A stretch of DNA of 30,598 nt from a virus (lineage: Duplodnaviria; Caudoviricetes). The stretch lies in IMG/VR virus record IMGVR_UViG_3300037961_002660, positions 1 to 30,598 of that record; one strand, given 5' to 3'. Shown here piece after piece: positions 7,551 to 17,099 of this stretch. The notes beneath the pieces were generated by a model. That model saw only the letters and a list, made by a program, of their open reading frames with translations, was not told the DNA's origin and did not search any database. Made by a program: the position numbers and the translations under genes. Each line of letters starts with the position of its first letter. Within the stretch, counting starts at the first letter, position 1.

Positions 7551-9693
7551 TTTCTTCGAAGTCTATATCAAATTTTTCAGTAACATCTATTGTCCAAACT
7601 TTACCACTCCCCTTACCTACTGATTTGATAGGTCGTATCTTGTCATTAGATTTACCGCCATCCTCTAAATGAGATAGTCCGTTCCTCACAAACTCAAGTT
7701 TGTTTGAAGCTCCCAATGCCCTACCATTGTTGTAGGTGTGTATAGCTACTTGAAATTCTGTTATAGTCCCCCGCCACTCTGTCATCTTGTCATTATTCTC
7801 TCTGCAAGCTTTCGCAAAGAAGTCTACTAGTTCTGCCACTTGAGATCTACTTGAGTTATCATAAGCAGCATAAGCAATACTCTCATCGATAAAGCTCTTA
7901 ACTCCAAACCTGTCATCATCTAATACCTCAGTAGGTGGATTCCAGTCCGCCAACCATTTCAAAAAATGAGGTAGCTCTTGTGCAATGATTGCCTCTAGCT
8001 GTTCTTTCGGTGGGAACTTAAAAGGTTTAGGGTTTATCTTGAAGGCCATAAGCTTGTCCTTATTGCTAGAATCAAGAGTTGGTATAACGCTCATGCTGTT
8101 AGCGTCATCATTAAGACTTACGATAATTCTACCCGCCCACGGAAGAGTAACTGCGTCTGCATACTTAGCCATGAATTCGATCCTTGGATTAGCCACTCCT
8201 CTTTTAATAAGTTCTGTAGCCCTTCTCTGATCTTGGAATGAAGCTGCACTTACGGTATCGTCAATAACCCAACAAGCTGCCCTACCTAAGTCTTTATTGA
8301 ACTTAGTTCCCCCTGAAAGATAATCACTAGCATCAGCATACCCACCAACGGCTGCGGCTATAATCTTATTCGACATAAGTGTTTTACCCATCTTGGCTGG
8401 GCCAACAAATATACATGCTTGTCCTTGATCTTCTTTGTTGTTGATTACGCCATTGTGGAATCTCTTCATCCATGCAAAGAAATAATTCTTAGTTCTTATA
8501 GGGGTAGAATCCACAAAGAACTGATCAAAGAATTTATAGAGCCAAGGCCATTCGCTCACATCCCCACTTTCTGCTGGGTATATTGGTTCGATGTTGGAGC
8601 TGTTTAAAATCCTCAGGCCGTTGAATGCAACAACTCTCTGGTCCCTTCTAAATACAACAGGGGCTATCTCATTAATCCTATTCTGATTACTAATAACTAA
8701 AATAGCACTCTCTACTTCTGAAAGGTTATCACCTTTCTTAGCGCGTGGTTTGAATCCTCTTTGGCGCAACTCAAGAACAAGCTGATCTCTAGGAATCACC
8801 TGCGCAGCCCCATGAAGAAGTTTAAAGAATTGCCTACCGTTAAACCAATACTCATCCAGCAACCCACCCATCTTCTTTTGCTCGTAATCCTTAACAAAAG
8901 ACTTACCAAAGATATCTTTCCAAGTTTTCCAAGGTTGGTCTCTGTCTGAATATACAATCATACCATCCTCAAAAACCTGACAGCCTTCCCGATCAATACC
9001 GTCATCAATCCAGAACAATGGTCCTCTTGAGCCTACTTCAAAGTCTCCTATCCACCTGTTTGGGAATCGCTTCTCAACTTCAGCAGCTACTTCTTCGATT
9101 GGTATTGAAGTCTCTTTTGATTCTGGTGGGTTGTTTTGAGCTGCTTTAAGGAGGGCTGTCTGAACTGTAGCAGTAGGGACTTTGCCCCCAAGGTTCACCC
9201 AATCTGTCCCTAACTCAAAATATTGTGAAGGCTCTTCTGATTTACTGTCATACCCTGCTTGTATAGCGTGGAACTTAATAAGCTTCTTCAGCTCTGACAT
9301 AAAAGCTTTGTATATAAAGTGAGGGACTGAACACACTTCCTCAAACTCAAAGACAACACGGATATACCCACTATATGTCTTTGCTCTCCACGTAGGCATA
9401 CAGCCCACACATTTAGCGGCTATCACATTATCTATGTTTGCCCAGTCAACTGGAGCGTCGTAGTCAGCCGCGACTCCATAAACTTTAACTACTTTGTTTT
9501 CTCCTTCGATACGCGCACCAGCATTAAGTCCAGCACACATACTAAAGAAGCAGTGGTCAGTATTCTTCTTCCCACACCACTCTCTGTAAGCTGCTTTAGA
9601 TTGAAACGTAGGTCTCTGTGAGACCACTTTAGACATGTCATCACATGGAGTGCATTTTTTAGCTCTAAGGTTTTTAAGGTATCTGTATTTCAT
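7516..9693 (-). CDS. Primase-helicase (N-terminal AEP/PrimPol-like domain plus C-terminal SF3/DUF5906-like NTPase)
   Basis: N-terminal ADYD (DxD) and TYSG..RVVF; Walker A GPAKMGKT; Walker B WVIDD; adjacent to the DNA polymerase. Confidence 0.8.
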   Translation of the reverse strand: MKYRYLKNLRAKKCTPCDDMSKVVSQRPTFQSKAAYREWCGKKNTDHCFFSMCAGLNAGARIEGENKVVKVYGVAADYDAPVDWANIDNVIAAKCVGCMPTWRAKTYSGYIRVVFEFEEVCSVPHFIYKAFMSELKKLIKFHAIQAGYDSKSEEPSQYFELGTDWVNLGGKVPTATVQTALLKAAQNNPPESKETSIPIEEVAAEVEKRFPNRWIGDFEVGSRGPLFWIDDGIDREGCQVFEDGMIVYSDRDQPWKTWKDIFGKSFVKDYEQKKMGGLLDEYWFNGRQFFKLLHGAAQVIPRDQLVLELRQRGFKPRAKKGDNLSEVESAILVISNQNRINEIAPVVFRRDQRVVAFNGLRILNSSNIEPIYPAESGDVSEWPWLYKFFDQFFVDSTPIRTKNYFFAWMKRFHNGVINNKEDQGQACIFVGPAKMGKTLMSNKIIAAAVGGYADASDYLSGGTKFNKDLGRAACWVIDDTVSAASFQDQRRATELIKRGVANPRIEFMAKYADAVTLPWAGRIIVSLNDDANSMSVIPTLDSSNKDKLMAFKINPKPFKFPPKEQLEAIIAQELPHFLKWLADWNPPTEVLDDDRFGVKSFIDESIAYAAYDNSSRSQVAELVDFFAKACRENNDKMTEWRGTITEFQVAIHTYNNGRALGASNKLEFVRNGLSHLEDGGKSNDKIRPIKSVGKGSGKVWTIDVTEKFDIDFEETIESSQGAVLQ

Positions 9694-11453
9694 TTTTCAT
9701 ATTTTGTTAGTATTGATCCTTCCGCATCGACAGGTATATCGGGAATCCATTCAGGGGGCTTACTCATAATATCGATAATCTCTTTAAGAGTATCCTCAGC
9801 TTTACTTTCATCTGCTTCGATAACCATTTCATCGTGAACGTGCATAATTATCTTATGCCCTTCTGCTTCAACACGAAGAAGCATGTCAGAAAAAATGTCC
9901 CTCGCCAGTGCCTGACTAGCGTTCTCAGCCACAAGTCCTCCCCACAAACGAACAGTTACATTCTTACCATGTCTTGGGACTTTAGTTAGGTAATGGTTAC
10001 GTCCACCCTCAGCCATAGTTTTTAATCTACCATAATTAAGGACACGCCCACTTGGTAACTCTACGGTGAACTCAGCCTTCGCTATATGAGAACCTTCAAT
10101 ATCACCTGTGTATTCACCCCAAAGATCTTTAACTCTCTTCATCTTCATCCGATATTTTCTAACCCGTTTACCCGCCTCCTCCTCAGAGATACCAGACATT
10201 GATGCGAACCTAGCAGCTCCAGCACCATACCCACACCCAAGGACCATGCCCTTCACCGCATGTCTAAGCTTCGGGTCTTGTTTAATAGAACCATCCTCTG
10301 CGTTCCACATGCCAAACCTAATTGCAAAAGCTTCGTAGATATCATCTGTCTGCTTAATCTCTTTCAACATTTCGAAATCCTTAGCTAACCAGCATAATGT
10401 CCGAACTTCAATCTGAGAAAGGTCTACTGCGATTAATCTTTTGTCAGACTTCGGTGATATTAGATGCCTGAGGTTCACCCCAAACATCTCGTCTCTAGGT
10501 AAGTTTTGCAGATTTAAGTTACCTCCAGACCCACTAAACCTACCTGTATGGGCACCAAAATACATACACCCTCCATAATACCTACCGTCAGGCATGGTAG
10601 CATAATCAAAGCTCTCTAGCTTTTTCTTAATAGAGTTTATTCTTCTCCAATCTTTTACAGCACTAATCCACTTATGTTCTTCACTGTGGTATTCAATCCA
10701 TTCTTGAGATTCTGCGTCTGTCTCTGCCAAACTAACTGGGGGTTCAATACCTACCAATAAACATTGCTCGTCGAAAGCAGCCCTACTCAGTAGGGGTTTA
10801 TCCCCCAACCAAGGAATATTTTCCTCAGCCTCAAACAACTTTGTCTTAATTATTTCTAGTTGTTCTTTAAGTAAATTCTCATCAATCGGGATACCCTGCT
10901 GCACAATCTTTCTATTTAATCGGCTGATGTTTCTTTCGAACTCAGGCCATTTATCACTCAAGGTATCCCATAGGCGCAGACAAAGTTCACTATCTTTAAG
11001 AGCATATTCAATAACTTCGTCTTGAAACTCTTTAGTCATTTCCTCCCATCTCTTGCCCGACATGTTGTCTCGTGTTGATTTATCAACTGTGAGATCAAAC
11101 AACTCTGCTGTAGATCCTTTAAGAGATCTTGGGAGTTTGCAGAAAGCAGCTAAGTCCGCTGTGCAATGCCACTCGTATGGTTCACAAGAAGACCACCATT
11201 CTTGTTCTACCCCATAGTAATATAAGGTTTCGTCAAAGCTTGCGTTGTGGGACAGCACAATATGGTTATTAAGTTTTGACCAATCAAAATCTTTGGGGTG
11301 GCCTACAAACTTTGTCCCATCGTTCCCCACCACTGAAACCATGTAAGCGTCAAATTGAGGGTGGCTAAAGTAACCAAGTGTCCCCAAAGTTTTAATACTA
11401 CATTCCTTGTCGTAGTAAGTTTCGAAGTCTACTGCGTAAATATATCTGTCCAT
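9690..11453 (-). CDS. polA: DNA polymerase family A with 3'-5' exonuclease
   Basis: ExoI DFETY, ExoII HNASFD, ExoIII YALKD; TGRFSG, NLQNLP; motif A DLSQIEVR, motif B KGMVLGCGYG, motif C HVHDE. Confidence 0.95.
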   Translation of the reverse strand: MDRYIYAVDFETYYDKECSIKTLGTLGYFSHPQFDAYMVSVVGNDGTKFVGHPKDFDWSKLNNHIVLSHNASFDETLYYYGVEQEWWSSCEPYEWHCTADLAAFCKLPRSLKGSTAELFDLTVDKSTRDNMSGKRWEEMTKEFQDEVIEYALKDSELCLRLWDTLSDKWPEFERNISRLNRKIVQQGIPIDENLLKEQLEIIKTKLFEAEENIPWLGDKPLLSRAAFDEQCLLVGIEPPVSLAETDAESQEWIEYHSEEHKWISAVKDWRRINSIKKKLESFDYATMPDGRYYGGCMYFGAHTGRFSGSGGNLNLQNLPRDEMFGVNLRHLISPKSDKRLIAVDLSQIEVRTLCWLAKDFEMLKEIKQTDDIYEAFAIRFGMWNAEDGSIKQDPKLRHAVKGMVLGCGYGAGAARFASMSGISEEEAGKRVRKYRMKMKRVKDLWGEYTGDIEGSHIAKAEFTVELPSGRVLNYGRLKTMAEGGRNHYLTKVPRHGKNVTVRLWGGLVAENASQALARDIFSDMLLRVEAEGHKIIMHVHDEMVIEADESKAEDTLKEIIDIMSKPPEWIPDIPVDAEGSILTKYEK

Positions 11454-11468
11454 TATACTTTAAATTAA

Positions 11469-11500
11469 TACCCCGTCCCCCCTCCAAAGGGGACGGGGTA
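11469..11500 (-). terminator. Perfect 12-bp GC-rich hairpin, probable intrinsic terminator/attenuator upstream of the polymerase
   Basis: TACCCCGTCCCC (11469-80), 8-nt loop, GGGGACGGGGTA (11489-500); on the - strand it is followed by TTAATTT. Confidence 0.65.
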
Positions 11501-11589
11501 AGGTGAGGCTTTTATGCGATTACCTCTAAGGTGATGAAAAATACCAGCAAGATACCCTGTGCCGCCGCATTACCTTTTCCTTGTCGGAA

Positions 11590-11802
11590 TCATTCAGGTT
11601 GAACTACCCCATCAAAAGGCATAATAATTTCCTTCTGTTCAGGGAGTCCCTTAATTGTATCCTCAAGACTTTCTTTAATAAGCTTTGTCGCATGAAGATC
11701 TGCGGATGTTGCCACAAGAGCTTCTTCGATTTTGCTAATTATTTCTGTCAACTTAACAACTTCTGCTTGGAGTATTTCTGATCTGCTTGGTTCTTCAGAC
11801 AT
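11590..11802 (-). CDS. Small coiled-coil hypothetical protein
   Basis: 70 aa, heptad-like helix, start overlaps the stop of the upstream gene. Confidence 0.7.
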   Translation of the reverse strand: MSEEPSRSEILQAEVVKLTEIISKIEEALVATSADLHATKLIKESLEDTIKGLPEQKEIIMPFDGVVQPE

Positions 11803-12452
11803 TATCCTAAATACCCCCCAATAAATTCAGCAACCTCTTTACTAGGTTCCTCGTTTGTAATCGTAAGCGAAGGAGCAAACCAGCTATACTTACCACGAGT
11901 AATCGCAGTTGACTGGAAGTTCCAAAGCCTTTGATGAATTGGAGTTGTTTTGTTGAAGACAGCAAAGGTAGCAAGACGCTTAAAGGTTTGCCTGTAGGCA
12001 TCCTTAGCGACATTAATTCTACCCAATGCATAGTTACCTTTCCCAAGTGGGAATGGGAATGACTCAGGATCATCACCTTTGAAAAGCAAAGTAATCTCTG
12101 CAAACTCAAGGATAGGATACTCTGAATCTAAGCCGAGCTGATGTTTCTCCTCTGATGAATTAGCAATCCTTGGGATATCATCTGAGTCAAACGGAACGTC
12201 CTCACGCCACGCTTTGATTGCGCTTAGTGGAACTACTTGAATAGCCTGTTCTGGCTCTGCAAGAATAATACGTTTGTCTAATACCAGAGAACCGTAAGGT
12301 GCTGGGTTTCCATCAGGACCAGTGATGTCACTGGTTTTTTGAACGACATTTACTCTTGGGATTTCAATGTCATTTTGATCTAACGTGTCCGAAATAGCGG
12401 AAGTAGTTAGACTGCTTGTAGGAGCTTTGGTAAGCTCAGTTTTTTCACTCAT
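11802..12452 (-). CDS. Putative single-stranded DNA-binding protein
   Basis: DIEIPRVNVVQKTS N-terminal motif and C-terminal G.YSWFAP seen in phage SSB-like proteins; located between the exonuclease and PolA. Confidence 0.55.
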   Translation of the reverse strand: MSEKTELTKAPTSSLTTSAISDTLDQNDIEIPRVNVVQKTSDITGPDGNPAPYGSLVLDKRIILAEPEQAIQVVPLSAIKAWREDVPFDSDDIPRIANSSEEKHQLGLDSEYPILEFAEITLLFKGDDPESFPFPLGKGNYALGRINVAKDAYRQTFKRLATFAVFNKTTPIHQRLWNFQSTAITRGKYSWFAPSLTITNEEPSKEVAEFIGGYLG

Positions 12453-12455
12453 CTA

Positions 12456-12481
12456 TGTTTCTTGTTTCTTGTTTCTTGTTT
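12456..12481. repeat. Heptamer tandem repeat (TGTTTCT)x3.7 filling the intergenic leader of the SSB-like gene
   Basis: TGTTTCT TGTTTCT TGTTTCT TGTTT; the mRNA sense reads AAACA(AGAAACA)3 UAG AUG. Confidence 0.9.
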
Positions 12482-12484
12482 TCC

Positions 12485-13600
12485 CTACGACAGTGTTCGT
12501 CGTTGGGGTGAATGTTCGATGATCCCTGATTCTTCACAGGAATCTAAAAACTCATTAGCGAGTTGTTTCTTGCCGCCTTTGTCTGCTGTGTCACCAACAG
12601 CCTTGGCAATTTTCGCAAGAGGGAGGCTTACATGGCTTAGGATGGTTTCAGTGTCAACACCATATTTTTCAGCAATGCTTAAAAAGGTCTTGTTGTCAGT
12701 AACATTTCTACGCCCAGCCATTTTCTTGAGGCGTAAGTTTGGAAACTCTAACCCTTCTTCTGCAAGGGATACGGCTCGTTTCTTAAATCCATCTGCCCAG
12801 TTAGTTACAATCTTAGCGATTGCCCACAGTTGCTCTAAGACTTCTGGGTCTTCTGTTGAGTCAAGGTCTACGTCAGGTAACTGTGGGTTTATCTTTTTCG
12901 CTACCTCAACAACAAGACCACCAAGTGCAGGACAAACATCTTCAAACTGGCAGAACCTACAATTAACTGTTGGCGTTAACTCAGATAGATCGGGTGTCCC
13001 TTTCTCCCATTTTGGTCTGACTTTTTCTGCTTGTAAAATGACCGCAGATAATTCGTCAACGAGTTCATCTAAATCATGGCGATAAAACCTATGAGATAAA
13101 ATCTCATTTCTCTGTGGTATAAAGAATACAAACTCTATTGATTCTAATTTTGGGAATCTTTGGAAGCACCCAACAGTGTAAGCTTTGGCTTGCCAGTTCT
13201 TATCGGGGGTGTCGATCTTGCTGATACCCGTCTTGTAATCGATCAACACCCCCTCCGTGCCCCCATACACGTTAAGAAAATCACATGTCCCATATGTAGA
13301 TGTGCCACGTAATTCAACATCAAGAACAATTTCAGCATGGGACTCAGTAAGTTCTTTGTCCGCATAATTCATCAGATATTCTTTTTGATCTGCTATGATC
13401 TCATTGAATATAGAAATCTCTTCTTCCGACTGAAGGTTTGAGGAATCATTAATTTCAATAGCCTCATGGATTCTAGTCCCCATCTCAGCGGCAGCATTAG
13501 TCCCTTCTCTGCCCTTATACCCAGCGCAGCCAGCACAATATTTTAGGCTACTTGGGGAGAACTCTGCGTGTCCTCTTTCAGAGTGGGCGGGTAAATTCAT
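12485..13600 (-). CDS. Cas4-like/DUF2800-type PD-(D/E)XK exonuclease
   Basis: HAEFSPSS...C, GTRIHE, GTCD, IDYKTG, Q..AY, and the C-terminal CRFC.....CP Fe-S staple cysteines. Confidence 0.85.
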   Translation of the reverse strand: MNLPAHSERGHAEFSPSSLKYCAGCAGYKGREGTNAAAEMGTRIHEAIEINDSSNLQSEEEISIFNEIIADQKEYLMNYADKELTESHAEIVLDVELRGTSTYGTCDFLNVYGGTEGVLIDYKTGISKIDTPDKNWQAKAYTVGCFQRFPKLESIEFVFFIPQRNEILSHRFYRHDLDELVDELSAVILQAEKVRPKWEKGTPDLSELTPTVNCRFCQFEDVCPALGGLVVEVAKKINPQLPDVDLDSTEDPEVLEQLWAIAKIVTNWADGFKKRAVSLAEEGLEFPNLRLKKMAGRRNVTDNKTFLSIAEKYGVDTETILSHVSLPLAKIAKAVGDTADKGGKKQLANEFLDSCEESGIIEHSPQRRTLS

Positions 13601-13631
13601 GCGCCCACATTCTCACACCCTGCTGATACCG

Positions 13632-14129
13632 TCAAAGAGATTTTTCAATTTTTTCTAATCCCCATAAATAACGGGCGATTAAAAACGCATCCACCATTCC
13701 GTCATGGGGTTTGCGACACCTCTTATTTTTCAGCCAGTTTTCTTCTGGGGCAATGTGTTCTGCCCTAGCTAACGCTGTTTGTTTGGTGGTCCCCTTCGGT
13801 CTAAAACCTAACATTATCTTTTGCCACTTGTGGACAGACACTCTGAACACTTCGTATTCATTTGTCTCAGCCATCCCTATTATCTTACCAAAGCTCAACG
13901 CCATTGAACGAACGGCTTGTGAACTTTTTGCATGGGGTAGTGGTTCTTCAATTGCCAGCACAAATGGTGTATTGAAATCTAATAACCAGTTTTTAATTTT
14001 GATAGTGTCTACTTCACGTTTCTTGCAAACCCACTTAGTGGGCATAGCTATTTTATCAATGGGGCTTCCATCAAACCTAGCTATGGCACAAAGCCCACCA
14101 TCTAAACCGTTATCAATACCGACGATCAA
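13632..14129 (-). CDS. RuvC-like Holliday junction resolvase
   Basis: IVGIDNGLDGG, AIEEP, SFG, KWQK, HDGMVDAFLIA. Confidence 0.85.
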   Translation of the reverse strand: MIVGIDNGLDGGLCAIARFDGSPIDKIAMPTKWVCKKREVDTIKIKNWLLDFNTPFVLAIEEPLPHAKSSQAVRSMALSFGKIIGMAETNEYEVFRVSVHKWQKIMLGFRPKGTTKQTALARAEHIAPEENWLKNKRCRKPHDGMVDAFLIARYLWGLEKIEKSL

Positions 14130-14353
14130 AATAAATTAAGTGTTACTATTAGACCATCACCAGAAGCTGGTGTGTATACAAAAATGTTTTTCTTTAATCC
14201 CTGCAAGAAAGCTATCTCTCTAGCATTGTTAGGGATCACTCTGTAAAAAGCTCCTTCAAGTTGCTTTATCACAAACGACACATCTTTATCATCTTTATTG
14301 CGGATGATAACTTTTGGATCGTGGACAAGTTCCTTGTTTTTAAAGAGCTTCAT
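14126..14353 (-). CDS. Hypothetical protein
   Basis: 75 aa, 4-nt overlaps with both neighbours. Confidence 0.7.
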   Translation of the reverse strand: MKLFKNKELVHDPKVIIRNKDDKDVSFVIKQLEGAFYRVIPNNAREIAFLQGLKKNIFVYTPASGDGLIVTLNLF

Positions 14354-14688
14354 TTCTTTTCAACAATACTAGTGTCAATAAATTGTGGGGCTTGAGGACC
14401 AAAGTCAGTATCCATTAATTGTTCTAATGCTAGGCGAGCGTCCTCAGCACACAACCCATGTTCCTCTTGTAAAATCTGTAAAGACTTTGCGCTGCTGTAA
14501 CAAGCAACTGGAGGTTCATTAGGTTTATCTACAACTCCAATTAAAGCGCGTTCAAGTTGGTTAAAGAAAATTACTTCTTCATACCTCACTTCTCTAGGAT
14601 CTTCGTGCCCAATGTAATTAGACCTTTTGACGTAAGGGTCTTGTTCTGGGTTGTAGTCCCAAGAGAAGTTATCAAAGTTGTTAATCAT
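14350..14688 (-). CDS. Hypothetical phage protein
   Basis: 112 aa. ALIGV...VACYS...LQIL...G...EDA...GP..P.FI resembles a small family common in aquatic phages; coupled to its neighbours. Confidence 0.7.
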   Translation of the reverse strand: MINNFDNFSWDYNPEQDPYVKRSNYIGHEDPREVRYEEVIFFNQLERALIGVVDKPNEPPVACYSSAKSLQILQEEHGLCAEDARLALEQLMDTDFGPQAPQFIDTSIVEKK

Positions 14689-15253
14689 TGGGTTCGATGT
14701 CGATTACAGTTCCGTTCCCCCTATCTGCTTTCTTGTTATTTAAGATAGAGATATCTATTTGCATTTTGTTTGCGGACCCACCTCCAGACTTAGAATTAAG
14801 CCCTAAATTTCTGCGGATAAGTTGATCTAACTCTGAAAGTTCTTTTACATTTCTAGGACCACTAATGTTTTTCATACTATCCCGCGCTAGTCTAATAGCT
14901 GCTTGAGCTATGTAGTTTTGATATTGATCGGCAGGACTCGCCTGACTTTCAGCAATATTGAGAATATCCTGTTCTTCTTTGATTCTTGCATCGTGCCTAG
15001 CTAATTTTGCTGCTTCATCTGTGAGCTTATCTAGGTCTACCCCATCGACAGATTCTACAGTCATGTCGATTTCTTCTTCGTTTTTCGACACATCGGCTCC
15101 ATTTTTTCTAGCTGGGATTCCCCTTTTTTTAAACCAACGCCTCACTGTTCCTGCATGAACACCAAGTTCTTTTGCAATGGCTGACGTTTTCCAATTGGCG
15201 TGATACATATCAACTGCTCGTTGTTGGATTTCTTCTTTCGGATTGATACCCAT
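14681..15253 (-). CDS. HTH DNA-binding protein, probable terminase small subunit
   Basis: N-terminal HTH (TSAIAKELGVHAGTVRRW), helical core, C-terminal tail ending VIDIE, adjacent to TerL. Confidence 0.6.
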   Translation of the reverse strand: MGINPKEEIQQRAVDMYHANWKTSAIAKELGVHAGTVRRWFKKRGIPARKNGADVSKNEEEIDMTVESVDGVDLDKLTDEAAKLARHDARIKEEQDILNIAESQASPADQYQNYIAQAAIRLARDSMKNISGPRNVKELSELDQLIRRNLGLNSKSGGGSANKMQIDISILNNKKADRGNGTVIDIEPND

Positions 15254-15279
15254 GTTAAATGCTTTATTGTTATTAAAAT

Positions 15280-17067
15280 ATGGCTTTAATAGCTGAGAGG
15301 AGCAAGCAGTTACTAGAACCCAAAATCGATCCGAAAACTAAACGGATGGATGTGGGTGGTTTTCAACTACCCCCTACGAGTTTATTAACTGCACTTTTAT
15401 ATGGTTTCGCTAAACACGAGGAGGTTATTGCTCGTGAATATTACTTCTGGAGAATATGTGACGAACTCTGGAATAACGAAGATCTCCCAGAAAAATTAAT
15501 GGTTCGTCATCCTTGGGCAGAGATGATGATTCGCGCTGCTCTGGAGAATAAATATTTAGCTATAGGGGGGAGTGCTTCCTCTGGTAAGTCCCATACTATG
15601 GCTGCGTGGGGTATTGTTAACTGGTTGTGTCAACCACAAGATACTCTTGTTTTGATGACCTCTACTACTTTGCGTGAAGCTCGTAAACGTATCTGGGGTA
15701 GTGTTATGTCTCTCCTATCCGTGATTGATGATGCACCAATCAAGATTCGGGATTCAATTGGCAACGCTGCTTACATAAATGAGAAAGACGTTTTGATTGA
15801 GCGAGCAGGTCTCTCGTTGATTTCAGCAGAAAAAAGTAAAACTAAAGAAGCTGTTGGTAAGTTCATCGGTATCAAGCAGAAACGTGTGATCCTTATTGGC
15901 GACGAGCTTTCAGAACTTTCTGAAGCTATCCTTCACGCAGGTCTTACAAACTTGAGTAAGAACCCTTCATTTCAAATGATTGGTATGTCCAACCCCAATA
16001 GCCGCTTCGATGCTTTTGGGGTGTGGTCAACTCCTGTCGATGGTTGGGATAGTGTTGACACAAATACTGCTGATGAGTGGGACACAAAATGGAAGGGCAA
16101 GTATCTGCGATTAGATGGTGAGAGATCTCCCAACATTATGGCGGGAGAAACAATATACCCTTGGCTACCAACAGAAGAAAAACTAGCAGAGGACAAAGCT
16201 CTACTAGGGGTTGAGAGCAGGGGGTATATGCGAATGGTTCGGGCAGTCTTCTTTGATAGTGATGAAACCACAGGCATATACACAGAGAATGAGATCACTA
16301 CGAGCAAAGCAATGAACTCTGTTCAGTGGCAAAGCACCCCTGTAAATCTATGTGGCATCGACCCTGCCTTCACTAACGGGGGAGACAGGACTATACTTTA
16401 TACAGCTAAATGTGGGTATGACCAGTCTGGTCAATACGTTATTGAGTTTGGCAAAGCCATCCATTTAAACGATGACGCTACAAATAAAGCAGTTCCGAGA
16501 ACATATCAGATTGTCCGACAGATTCGGGAGCATTGCGAGAAGCTAAATATCCCCCCAGAAAATGTAAGCGTTGATGCCACTGGAGCTGGTGCTCCGTTCT
16601 GCGATGTGTTGGCAGGAGAATGGTCCAATAGATTCATGCGGATATCATTTGGTGGTAAGGCAAGTGACAAAAGAGTAAGTGCAAACAGCAAGTTGGTAGG
16701 CACTGAACTCTATGTAAATAGGGTTTCTGAGCTTTGGTTTGTGGGCAAAGAGCTAATGAGAACTCGTCAAGTCTTTGGAGTGACCTCTGATTTAGCCCAA
16801 GAAATAACTGGAAGAAACTATGACCATGTAAAAGGATCGACTCTACGCATGAAGATCGAATCAAAGCCAGAGTTCAAAGCTCGCTTTGGACGCAGCCCCG
16901 ACCTTGCAGATGCAGCATTTCTAGCCTTAGATTGTGCCCGTCAACGCTTAGGTTTAGTTGCGGTTGACCCACCAAAAGAAGGAGATCCTGCTTTAAACAG
17001 GCCAAGAAGGAGTATGAAGTATCTATCTGGTGCGCTACAGAATGCTGACACTACCCTAGTCGATTGA
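15280..17067 (+). CDS. terL: Terminase large subunit
   Basis: Walker A GSASSGKS, Walker B ILIGDE, coupling motif MSNP, and RNase-H-like nuclease motifs GIDPA..GGD, VDATG and SPDLADA. Confidence 0.92.
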   Translation: MALIAERSKQLLEPKIDPKTKRMDVGGFQLPPTSLLTALLYGFAKHEEVIAREYYFWRICDELWNNEDLPEKLMVRHPWAEMMIRAALENKYLAIGGSASSGKSHTMAAWGIVNWLCQPQDTLVLMTSTTLREARKRIWGSVMSLLSVIDDAPIKIRDSIGNAAYINEKDVLIERAGLSLISAEKSKTKEAVGKFIGIKQKRVILIGDELSELSEAILHAGLTNLSKNPSFQMIGMSNPNSRFDAFGVWSTPVDGWDSVDTNTADEWDTKWKGKYLRLDGERSPNIMAGETIYPWLPTEEKLAEDKALLGVESRGYMRMVRAVFFDSDETTGIYTENEITTSKAMNSVQWQSTPVNLCGIDPAFTNGGDRTILYTAKCGYDQSGQYVIEFGKAIHLNDDATNKAVPRTYQIVRQIREHCEKLNIPPENVSVDATGAGAPFCDVLAGEWSNRFMRISFGGKASDKRVSANSKLVGTELYVNRVSELWFVGKELMRTRQVFGVTSDLAQEITGRNYDHVKGSTLRMKIESKPEFKARFGRSPDLADAAFLALDCARQRLGLVAVDPPKEGDPALNRPRRSMKYLSGALQNADTTLVD

Positions 17068-17092
17068 CTTTTGTTACTTTAAATACTATAAT
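17064..17092 (+). promoter_or_regulatory. Near-consensus sigma70 promoter, leaderless transcript
   Basis: TTGACT-17 nt-TATAAT, 7 nt before ATG 17100. Confidence 0.8.
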
Positions 17093-17099
17093 TTAGGTT

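Noticed and set aside
11501-11589. Match to a c-di-GMP-I riboswitch or twister ribozyme
   Set aside because: Only short words match (GCACAGGG, AAAGCCUC, UAAUGCGGC); the core conserved elements are missing.
12462-13085. 207-aa + strand ORF
   Set aside because: Antisense shadow of the exonuclease; Ser/Phe-rich with no motif, and its start lies within the heptamer repeat.
12485-13600. Cas4-like gene as evidence of a CRISPR system
   Set aside because: No repeat-spacer array or other cas genes; stand-alone Cas4-like nucleases are usual in phage replication modules.
13609-13635. Possible - strand promoter TTGACG...GAGAAT before the exonuclease
   Set aside because: 15-nt spacer and a non-consensus first -10 base; too weak to call.
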